Assembly (NCBI GenBank): GCA_014728075.1
Contig: WJMG01000071.1
Location: 1-58,132, forward strand
Length of the DNA: 58,132 nucleotides
Direction: 5' to 3'
Origin: Candidatus Omnitrophota bacterium
GTDB taxonomy: Bacteria; Omnitrophota; Gorgyraeia; Tantalellales; Tantalellaceae
Positions 48,108 to 55,603 of the stretch are shown piece after piece. The notes beneath the pieces are model-generated. The model worked only from the letters and a program-made list of their open reading frames with translations, did not search any database and was not told where the DNA came from. The translations under genes were made by a program, and so were the position numbers. The stretch's first letter is position 1. The number at the start of each line of letters is the position of its first letter.

Positions 48108-48857
48108 ATGAGATTTACTGTTGAGGGCCAGAGCATGCGTCCTTTTCTGAGGGATCTGGATGTTTGTGTTTCCGAAAAAGTTTCTCCCGCAAAGATCTTC
48201 CCGGGAGACCTTGTCCTTTATGACAGCGAAGTCAGCGCTGAAGTTATTGTTCACAGGATCATTAAGATAGATAAAAGAAAGTCCGTTGCCTTTATAAAAG
48301 GCGATAACGAGCCCGGCATGGACGCGGCAGACAGGGTCCCGCTTGAGGATATTATGGGGAAGGTGCTGTTCGTGGAAAGGGGCTCGAGGGTTTTTGATCT
48401 CAATAAAAGATGGCGGAAGATCTGTGCCGGTATTATCGCTTTTCTTTCTCTCCGCGACCTTACGCCCCTTGTCGCTCAGAGAAGGTTCCTGAGCCCTCTT
48501 GTTCTTGCTGTTTCCGGGAACGGATTATATAAAATTTTCAGGGAGCGGTTTTACGCAAAGCTTCAATTCTGCTGCGTAAAAAAGGAAGGATATTATAAAG
48601 TTTTTTCATATCTGGGAAGAAGCATGAATGCTGAAGCTTTCCTGCAGCAATATTCTGAGGGGCATGTTACAGTCTCGTCATATATAAAATACCGCGACAG
48701 GAACAGCGGTTTCGCTAGGATATTTCTTGAGAAGATATTGAAAGTAGTGGACGAGAAATACGGAAAGGATTCTTGTGTTCATATACTTGAGGGGGAATTC
48801 AAGGAATTGATCTCCGGGTGCAAGGAAGTTGCTTCTTCCGAAAGGGTCTATTTATGA
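48108..48857 (+). CDS. S26/S24 signal-peptidase-like protein, soluble (alternative TTG start at 48093)
   Basis: GQSMRPFL (catalytic Ser), GDLVLY, VIVHRII and IKGDN. No N-terminal TM anchor. Confidence 0.8.
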   Translation: MRFTVEGQSMRPFLRDLDVCVSEKVSPAKIFPGDLVLYDSEVSAEVIVHRIIKIDKRKSVAFIKGDNEPGMDAADRVPLEDIMGKVLFVERGSRVFDLNKRWRKICAGIIAFLSLRDLTPLVAQRRFLSPLVLAVSGNGLYKIFRERFYAKLQFCCVKKEGYYKVFSYLGRSMNAEAFLQQYSEGHVTVSSYIKYRDRNSGFARIFLEKILKVVDEKYGKDSCVHILEGEFKELISGCKEVASSERVYL

Positions 48858-49948
48858 GCTCTCTCGCCCTAAATGCTTTTGAGGGAAAAGAGTTCTCTCC
48901 GGAAGAGGAGATAGTTTCTATCTGCGCGAGACAAAAATTGACCGAGCAGGATAAGCAAAATTATCGTTCTATTGCCGCATCCGGAAATATCGACTGGGAC
49001 AAGGTTTTAGGTGTCTCGGAGGAGAATCAGGTCACGCCTCTTGTTTACCGCAATCTGCAGGTCTTAAAGGGGTTTCCCGATAAGATCTTCATGTCTTTAA
49101 GGGAAAGCGCGGCCCGTACTATGGCGCGTAATACGCTTATATTATCGCGCATGGAAAAGTTTAGCCGCAAAGAGGACGCTCTTTTCCTGAAGGGGTTTCC
49201 TTTTGCTGTGGATGTCTATGAGGATCCTTCGTTGAGGGAGTTTTCCGATGTTGATGTTCTTGTCAGGGATATGGACGCGTTCGGACGGGTTCTTTCCGAA
49301 GAGGGTTTTCATCCTGACGATAACGAAGAGGATGACGGATACAGGTCTCAAAGGACATATGCCGATAAAGACGGTCTGGTGATAGATGCTCATGTGGATG
49401 CGATAGGGCGGAGGCTTCACAGTGAGATGACAGGTCTTGGCGAAGGCATGTGGGAAGGTGCCAGGCATCTTGAATACGGCGGCCTCAAGTTGAAGACGCC
49501 GGACCTGGAACACACTCTTATTTTTCAAGCGGTCCACCTTGCCATGCACCACGGTTTTTCAGGTCTAAAATGGTTAGTTGACATAAATGAGTTCGTAAGA
49601 AGATACGAGAACGAGATAGACTGGGAAAGGTTGTTAGAGCTTTGCTCGAAATATAAGGTCAAGAGGCCGGTTTATTATACGCTGTTGTTTACGCGAGATC
49701 TGTTCGATACGCCTGTCCCCGAAAAGGTGCTGGACAGGTTCTCCCGGGTGAGGAGGCCTCTGGACAGGTGGCTTTTCCGTAAGATTAAAAATAGTTTCGG
49801 GACAGATTATCTGGCCGAACTATTTATGTTCGATACGATAGCGGATACCGTGAAGTTCGTTTTCTTGAGCTTTGTAAAATATCCGGGACACTTTCTGTGT
49901 TTCGGGAGAATAGCGGGGAAAGTAGTCAGGGCGGCAGTAAGTAAATAG
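48854..49948 (+). CDS. Nucleotidyltransferase family protein (type found with lasso/PqqD clusters)
   Basis: LFLKG, LREFSDVDVLV, IDAH, HLAMHHG, LKWLVDI and IDW motifs. Confidence 0.85.
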   Translation: MSSLALNAFEGKEFSPEEEIVSICARQKLTEQDKQNYRSIAASGNIDWDKVLGVSEENQVTPLVYRNLQVLKGFPDKIFMSLRESAARTMARNTLILSRMEKFSRKEDALFLKGFPFAVDVYEDPSLREFSDVDVLVRDMDAFGRVLSEEGFHPDDNEEDDGYRSQRTYADKDGLVIDAHVDAIGRRLHSEMTGLGEGMWEGARHLEYGGLKLKTPDLEHTLIFQAVHLAMHHGFSGLKWLVDINEFVRRYENEIDWERLLELCSKYKVKRPVYYTLLFTRDLFDTPVPEKVLDRFSRVRRPLDRWLFRKIKNSFGTDYLAELFMFDTIADTVKFVFLSFVKYPGHFLCFGRIAGKVVRAAVSK

Positions 49949-49971
49949 CGAACAGGGGGGATATCACTTAC

Positions 49972-50083
49972 TTTTACTTGATTCCCGCTTTCGCGGGAAT
50001 GACATTTTTTATTTTCACTTTTATGCTTTAAAAAAATAAAAGTAGAAGTTGTCATCCCCGCAATGGGTTTGAGCGGGGATCAA
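49972..50083. repeat. Pair of REP-like units around an AT-rich spacer (REPIN-like)
   Basis: TTGATTCCCGCTTTCGCGGGAATGACA (49978-50004) and TGTCATCCCCGCAATGGGTTTGAGCGGGGATCAA (50050-50083). Confidence 0.78.
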
Positions 50084-50106
50084 ACAAGAATAAGTTAGGC
50101 GGTTAG

Positions 50107-50694
50107 ATGGCTATGAATGAGGACTTATCGCATAACAACACGATGAAAAGAATGCTCTGGTGGGGAGCTATAACTCTCTATCTGGGGGTGGTGTATTCCA
50201 CTTTATCCATCGGCCCCGATATCTGGGACGGCATTAACGCGGCGCTGGGAGGTAAGGCCCTCGGAGTGCTTTACCTTCTGGCGATACTGGCCCTTGTCGC
50301 GGTAGTTTATTACATGGAGGAGATAAAAAAGGAGAAGAGGCCGCTTAACTATATGATCTTCTTTTTCCTGGCGGGACTTTTCTTTTTTATAATCTCTCTC
50401 CACGGCCATCCCGCGGAGAAGGTCCACATGGCGGAATACGGTCTCCTGGCCGTACTTGTATACAACGCGCTTAAGCTGGACATGGGACGGTACGACAGCC
50501 GGCTGTATATCCTGGGCGGCCTGATCTGTTCTCTGGCGGGCCTTGTAGATGAAATAATACAGTGGTATCTTCCCAACAGGTATTTTGACTGGCGGGATGT
50601 GGGCTTTAATGTAGCCGGCGCCCTGATAGCGCTGGCAATTATAAGGTTCAACATACTTAAGGGGCCGGAGAAGCGACCCGAGAGCGATTTTTGA
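50107..50694 (+). CDS. VanZ family membrane protein
   Basis: EKVHMAEYGLL, DEIIQWYLPNRYFDWRDVGFN and TM helices. Confidence 0.88.
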   Translation: MAMNEDLSHNNTMKRMLWWGAITLYLGVVYSTLSIGPDIWDGINAALGGKALGVLYLLAILALVAVVYYMEEIKKEKRPLNYMIFFFLAGLFFFIISLHGHPAEKVHMAEYGLLAVLVYNALKLDMGRYDSRLYILGGLICSLAGLVDEIIQWYLPNRYFDWRDVGFNVAGALIALAIIRFNILKGPEKRPESDF

Positions 50695-50744
50695 TGTAAG
50701 ATACCGTATATCCTTGCCTTATGGCGTGAAAAACAAGGTATTTC

Positions 50745-50774
50745 TTTACAAAAGGTACTTTGTAATGCTAAAAT
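50745..50774 (+). promoter_or_regulatory. Putative sigma70 promoter with an overlapping 7-6-7 palindrome
   Basis: TTTACA, 18 bp spacer, TG-C-TAAAAT. TTACAAA-N6-TTTGTAA lies at 50746-50765. Confidence 0.45.
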
Positions 50775-50830
50775 ACCATATCTTTTATTAACAGAATATT
50801 AACAGATCAAGATAAAGGTGCTTTGCCGAA

Positions 50831-51211
50831 ATGAACAAAGTCATTCTCGCTATTGACGATAACAGGGATTTCCTGGAGACTTTGAAGGATATACTGGAAC
50901 ACGAAGGCTACCGGGCGGTCCTTTTGACCGATCCTACCAAAACGGAAGAATATATAGAGAATTATTCGCCGGACCTTATAATACTCGATATCTTCATGCC
51001 AAAAAGGACCGGGTTCAATATACTGGAAGACCTTTCGGATAACGGCATGCACGAAGACATACCGAAGATATTCCTTACCTGCCTCGATAACCACATCGAA
51101 AAGATGACCGCCAGAGCCAGGGGCGCGTGTGAATATCTGACCAAACCTTTCGAGCCGGAAGAGCTTATAGAGGTGATAAGGGAATGCCTGGAAGGACAGA
51201 AGCAAAGGTAA
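50831..51211 (+). CDS. Single-domain response regulator (CheY-like)
   Basis: AIDDN, ILDIFMP, FLT and YLTKPF motifs. Confidence 0.93.
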   Translation: MNKVILAIDDNRDFLETLKDILEHEGYRAVLLTDPTKTEEYIENYSPDLIILDIFMPKRTGFNILEDLSDNGMHEDIPKIFLTCLDNHIEKMTARARGACEYLTKPFEPEELIEVIRECLEGQKQR

Positions 51212-51216
51212 GCGAT

Positions 51217-51579
51217 ATGGCCCGAGCGAAAAAAATAGTGATCGCGGACGATAACAGGGAGATGTGCGACCTGGTACAGGATATCTTTTCCGAGAACGGA
51301 TACGAGGTCGATTGTGTCCATAACGGATACGAGCTGATGTCCTACCTGGAGAACAATTCCCCTTCGGTGATAATACTGGACCTTATGATGCCGGAGAAGG
51401 ACGGCATATCGGTGCTGGGCTCCCTGAAACAGCTTTCGCCTTATTCCAGGATAATAATCTACACCGGCTACCAGGAATACGAGAAAAGCGTCTACGCCAG
51501 GGCGGTCGACAGGTTCCTGGTCAAGGGCAAGAGCATAGAGGAGCTCATAGAGGCCGTAGATGAGCTGGCGGTAGCGTAA
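51217..51579 (+). CDS. Single-domain response regulator
   Basis: IADDN, ILDLMMPEKDG, YTG and FLVK motifs. Confidence 0.92.
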   Translation: MARAKKIVIADDNREMCDLVQDIFSENGYEVDCVHNGYELMSYLENNSPSVIILDLMMPEKDGISVLGSLKQLSPYSRIIIYTGYQEYEKSVYARAVDRFLVKGKSIEELIEAVDELAVA

Positions 51580-51582
51580 GGT

Positions 51583-51614
51583 CAGGCTAAAGCGTTAAAA
51601 GGTTCAAGGGTTAA
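51583..51614 (+). repeat. Four 8-bp tandem repeats (AAGGTTAA type) upstream of tgt
   Basis: CAGGCTAA-AGCGTTAA-AAGGTTCA-AGGGTTAA, the same type and orientation as 8703-8734. Confidence 0.6.
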
Positions 51615-51667
51615 AGGTAATAGGGGGCGCGAGTCTTGCGTTCCCTAATTTTTTATAACCGCTTCTA

Positions 51668-51708
51668 TTTTACATTCCGGGACCGTATTGCGGTCCCGGA
51701 ATGTAAAA
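51668..51708. repeat. Perfect 18-bp inverted repeat just upstream of the tgt RBS
   Basis: TTTTACATTCCGGGACCG-TATTG-CGGTCCCGGAATGTAAAA. Confidence 0.8.
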
Positions 51709-51721
51709 CGGTTAGAGGGCC

Positions 51722-52840
51722 ATGAAATTCACTATAGAACACAGAGACAAGGATACAAAAGCCAGGTGCGGGACGATGACGACCTGTCATGGTGAGGTGT
51801 CGACGCCTGTTTTCATGCCTGTTGCCACGCAGGCGGGGGTTAAGGGTATAACCCCGGACGAGCTCAGGGACTGCCGGGTCGAGATGATCATTTCCAACGC
51901 CTACCATCTTTATCTGAGGCCCGGAGAAGAGATAATTTCCAATGCCGGCGGCCTGCACAGGTTCATGGGCTGGGACGGGGTCATAACCACCGACAGCGGC
52001 GGTTTTCAGGTCTTCAGCCTGGCGGAGCTGCGCAAGATAAAAGAGGAAGGGGTGGAGTTCCGCTCGCATGTGGACGGTTCGTATCATTTTTTCTCGCCCG
52101 AGAGCGTGGTCGATTTCCAGCACGCGATAGGGAGCGACATACTCATGCCTCTTGACGAATGTGTGCATTACCCCGCCGCAAGGGACTATGTGGAGGATTC
52201 AGTGGGCCTTACCACCCGCTGGGCGGAGAGGTCGAAAGAGAGGTTCCTGCAGAAAGAGGGCAGGTCCGCTCTTTTCGGTATAGTCCAGGGAAGCACATAC
52301 AGGGACCTCAGGAAGCGGTCGGTCGAGGAGCTTGCCGCCCTGGACATGGACGGTTATTCCCTAGGGGGCATAGGGGTAGGGGAACCGGTCGAGCTTATAC
52401 ACGAGATAACCGATCATACGGCTTCACTTCTGCCGGAAGACAAAGTACGCTATCTTATGGGCGTGGGCAGTCCCCCTGAAGTCCTCGAAGCTGTTTCTTC
52501 GGGCATAGACATGTTCGACTGCGTGGTGCCCACCAGGAACGGAAGGAACGGCCAGGCGTTCACCTTTGACGGTGAGCTGCAGCTCAGGAACGCCCCTTTC
52601 AAGGACGATTTCGCTCCCATAGAGGAGGGTTGCGGGTGCTATGCCTGCCGGAACCATACGAGGGGTTATATAAGGCACCTCTTCAACGCTTCCGAGATGC
52701 TTGCCCCGCGTCTTATATCCCTGCATAATATCTGTTTTTATTCCAGGTTGACGGAACTCGCCAGGCAAGCGGTCAGGCAGGGAAGGTTCGCCGAATTCAA
52801 GAAAGAGTTCGTCTCGAGGTATTCCGCCGGGAAAAAATAG
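51722..52840 (+). CDS. tgt: tRNA-guanine transglycosylase
   Basis: TPVFMPVAT, NAYHLYLRPG, TDSGGFQVFSL, DMFDCVVPTR and CGCYAC zinc site. Confidence 0.98.
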   Translation: MKFTIEHRDKDTKARCGTMTTCHGEVSTPVFMPVATQAGVKGITPDELRDCRVEMIISNAYHLYLRPGEEIISNAGGLHRFMGWDGVITTDSGGFQVFSLAELRKIKEEGVEFRSHVDGSYHFFSPESVVDFQHAIGSDILMPLDECVHYPAARDYVEDSVGLTTRWAERSKERFLQKEGRSALFGIVQGSTYRDLRKRSVEELAALDMDGYSLGGIGVGEPVELIHEITDHTASLLPEDKVRYLMGVGSPPEVLEAVSSGIDMFDCVVPTRNGRNGQAFTFDGELQLRNAPFKDDFAPIEEGCGCYACRNHTRGYIRHLFNASEMLAPRLISLHNICFYSRLTELARQAVRQGRFAEFKKEFVSRYSAGKK

Positions 52841-52849
52841 AGAGCGGAT

Positions 52850-52877
52850 TTGCCTTGTAAATAAATATAAGTATAAT
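52850..52877 (+). promoter_or_regulatory. Putative sigma70 promoter of yajC-secDF
   Basis: TTGCCT, 16 bp spacer, TATAAT. Confidence 0.5.
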
Positions 52878-52971
52878 TAATACTGTTTAATCGTGTGTTA
52901 GTGAGGTCCCTGGCCCGCCGGAGGACGGCACCCTGTGGCGGCCGGACAGACAAAAGTAAAGGAGAGATATT

Positions 52972-53310
52972 ATGTTAACGCTTGCGTTCGCTCAGGAAGC
53001 GGGAGCCGGCGCCCCCGCGCAGGGCAGTCCGATAATGAGCCTTCTTCCTATCGCGCTTATTTTCATTATTTTTTATTTCCTTCTTATCCGCCCGCAGAAA
53101 AAAGCCCAGAAAGAACACGCCGATATGATCCAGGCGCTGAAAAAGAACGACGAGGTCGTTACTTCCGGGGGTATACACGGGACCATAGTGAACATCCAGG
53201 AGGGAGCGGTGACCCTGCGGGTCGACGACAATACCAGGATAAAGGTCCAGAGAAGTTCCATCTCTAAAGTGAAGAAATCAAGGGAAGACGGTTCCCAAAA
53301 GGAAGGATAA
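52972..53310 (+). CDS. yajC: Preprotein translocase subunit YajC
   Basis: FYFLLIRPQKK and DEVVTSGGIHG motifs, between tgt and secD. Confidence 0.96.
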   Translation: MLTLAFAQEAGAGAPAQGSPIMSLLPIALIFIIFYFLLIRPQKKAQKEHADMIQALKKNDEVVTSGGIHGTIVNIQEGAVTLRVDDNTRIKVQRSSISKVKKSREDGSQKEG

Positions 53311-53316
53311 AGAGCT

Positions 53317-55545
53317 ATGTGGAAAAAACTCAAATGGGAAAGTGTTCTTGTTGTCGCGATCGTGGGCCTCGCCCTATGGGCCGCTTACCCTCCGCTCGAT
53401 ATCACCAATAACGAGGGGGAGGTCGTAAAGGAAGGTAAGATCAACCTCGGTCTTGATCTGCAGGGAGGCATGCACATGGTCCTGCAGGTAGATACCTCGG
53501 GCCTTACCCAGAACGAGGCGAAGGACGCCCCCCAGAGGGCGCTGGAGGTCATAAGGAACAGGATAGACCAGTTCGGGGTAATGGAGCCTGTTATCCAGCT
53601 GCAGGGCGATAAAAGGATAATAGTCCAGCTTCCCGGGGTGACCGACAGGGAACGCGCGAAGGAAATAATCGGCCGTACGGCCCACCTCGAGTTCAAGCTG
53701 GTCTCGGATGACCCCGAACTTCTGAAAAAGGCCATGGACGGCGAGGCGGTGGAAGGCTATACGCTGAAATATAACGAGACCAGGGATGGCAAGCAGGAAG
53801 CCCTTCTCGTGGAGGACGAAGCCGTTCTTACGGGCGACATGCTGGTTGACGCGACCACGGAATTCAGCCAGCAGGGGTTCGGCCAGCCTTATGTCTCGCT
53901 TGAGCTCAACTCCCAGGGAGGTGACATTTTCGCCTCGGTCACCGGAGGCAATGTCGGTAAAAGACTTGCCGTTGTGCTTGACGATGAGGTGTACACCGCC
54001 CCGGTGATAAGAGAGAGGATCCCGTCCGGCCGGGCCCAGATAACGGGTAATTTCTCGGTCCAGGAGGCCAAGGACATAGCGCTTATCCTCCGCGCGGGTG
54101 CGCTGCCGGCTCCCGTAGAGGTCCTGGAAGAACGCAGCGTCGGCCCGGCTCTGGGCCGGGACTCGGTCGAGAAAGGCATAAAGGCCATATTGTACGGCGG
54201 TATAGCCGTCCTTCTTTTCATGGCGGCGTATTATCTTTTCGCCGGGCTTATAGCGGATCTGGCCCTGGTGATGAACCTTGTACTTATCACGGGTGCCCTG
54301 GCGTATTTCAAGGCGACGCTGACCCTTCCCGGTATAGCGGGCCTTGTCCTTACCATCGGTATGTCCGTTGACGCGAATGTCCTTATTTTTGAAAGGATAC
54401 GCGAGGAGTCCAGGCTAGGCAAAAGCTTGAGGGCCGCCATCTCCGCCGGGTACGACAAGGCTCTGTGGACCATACTTGACGCCAATGTAACGACGCTCAT
54501 AACCGCGCTGATACTCTTCCAGTTCGGGACCGGCCCGGTAAGGGGCTTTGCCACGACCCTGAGCATAGGTATACTTTCGAGTATGTTCACCGCGCTGGTC
54601 GTCACGCGGCTTATACTGAACATGATAACCCTGGCGAATCAGAAGCTGGAGAAGCTTCCCATGCTGCAGTTCTTCAAGCAGCCGAACATACCTTTTGTGA
54701 AGTTCCGCAAGATAGCCTACATATTCTCGGTACTCGTGATCGCGGGGGGTATGTTCTTCTTCCTTCAGCGGGGAGAAAGGAATTACGGGATAGATTTCAC
54801 CGGCGGTACTCTGCAGCAGTTCAGGTTCGAGGAAAAGGTCTCGGTGGACGAGATCAGGGGCGTACTCTCCGATATAGGCCTGGGAGAAGCTTCCATACAG
54901 CAGTTCGGCGAAGGCGGCAGGGAGATAATCGTAAGATCTTTCAGCGAAAAGACCGACGCCATAATCGACGGGCTCGGGGGCAGGTTCGGCGAAGGTTCCT
55001 TTGATGTGATGCGGGTCGAGGAGGTGGGTCCGGCCGTCGGGGCGGACCTCAGGGAAGCGGCCATTAAGGCGTTCATATTCGCCATGATAGGTATATGTAT
55101 CTACATTTCTTTCCGGTTCGAGCTCAGGTTCGCCATAACCGCTATAATAGCGCTTCTTCATGACCTCCTTGTCAGCCTGGGCATGATAGCGCTTACGGGA
55201 AGGGAGATATCGCTGCCGGTGATCGCGGCGCTCTTGACCATAGTAGGTTATTCCATCAACGATACGATAGTGCTCTTTGACCGGATCAGGGAAGACAGAA
55301 AATACATGAGGAAAGCCACTCCTTCTGAGATAATCAACCTGAGCATAAACCAGACCCTTTCCAGGACGGTCCTCACTTCGCTTACCACCCTTATCGTGGT
55401 AGTGGGGCTGTTCCTGTTCGGCGGAAAGGTGATAAACGATTTTTCGTTCGTCCTCATGATAGGTGTCCTTGTCGGTACCTATTCCTCGATCTTCATAGCC
55501 AGTCCGCTTCTGATAGACTGGCCCTCTAAACGGACGAAACGGTAA
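53317..55545 (+). CDS. secDF: Fused protein translocase SecDF
   Basis: LGLDLQGG, TLTLPGIAG and DANVLIFERIREE (SecD), then GIDFTGG and GYSINDTIVLFDRIRE (SecF). Confidence 0.96.
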   Translation: MWKKLKWESVLVVAIVGLALWAAYPPLDITNNEGEVVKEGKINLGLDLQGGMHMVLQVDTSGLTQNEAKDAPQRALEVIRNRIDQFGVMEPVIQLQGDKRIIVQLPGVTDRERAKEIIGRTAHLEFKLVSDDPELLKKAMDGEAVEGYTLKYNETRDGKQEALLVEDEAVLTGDMLVDATTEFSQQGFGQPYVSLELNSQGGDIFASVTGGNVGKRLAVVLDDEVYTAPVIRERIPSGRAQITGNFSVQEAKDIALILRAGALPAPVEVLEERSVGPALGRDSVEKGIKAILYGGIAVLLFMAAYYLFAGLIADLALVMNLVLITGALAYFKATLTLPGIAGLVLTIGMSVDANVLIFERIREESRLGKSLRAAISAGYDKALWTILDANVTTLITALILFQFGTGPVRGFATTLSIGILSSMFTALVVTRLILNMITLANQKLEKLPMLQFFKQPNIPFVKFRKIAYIFSVLVIAGGMFFFLQRGERNYGIDFTGGTLQQFRFEEKVSVDEIRGVLSDIGLGEASIQQFGEGGREIIVRSFSEKTDAIIDGLGGRFGEGSFDVMRVEEVGPAVGADLREAAIKAFIFAMIGICIYISFRFELRFAITAIIALLHDLLVSLGMIALTGREISLPVIAALLTIVGYSINDTIVLFDRIREDRKYMRKATPSEIINLSINQTLSRTVLTSLTTLIVVVGLFLFGGKVINDFSFVLMIGVLVGTYSSIFIASPLLIDWPSKRTKR

Positions 55546-55556
55546 TATCCTCTTTT

Positions 55557-55591
55557 CGCGCCAGGCCCTTTAAGGGCCCGGCGCGTATTTT
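55557..55591 (+). terminator. Probable intrinsic terminator after secDF
   Basis: CGCGCCAGGCCCTT/AAGGGCCCGGCGCG hairpin followed by TATTTT. Confidence 0.55.
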
Positions 55592-55603
55592 CTCAGGTGG
55601 AAA

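Noticed and set aside
42043-49948. Lasso peptide or PQQ biosynthesis cluster
   Set aside because: There is no asparagine-synthetase-like cyclase or transglutaminase-like B2 protease, no PqqB/PqqC, and the precursor lacks the PqqA ExxxY core.
52906-52947. GC-rich foldable leader upstream of yajC as a riboswitch or ncRNA
   Set aside because: It can form a stem (GTCC...GGAC), but I recognise no known family motif. An Rfam/covariance search would be needed.
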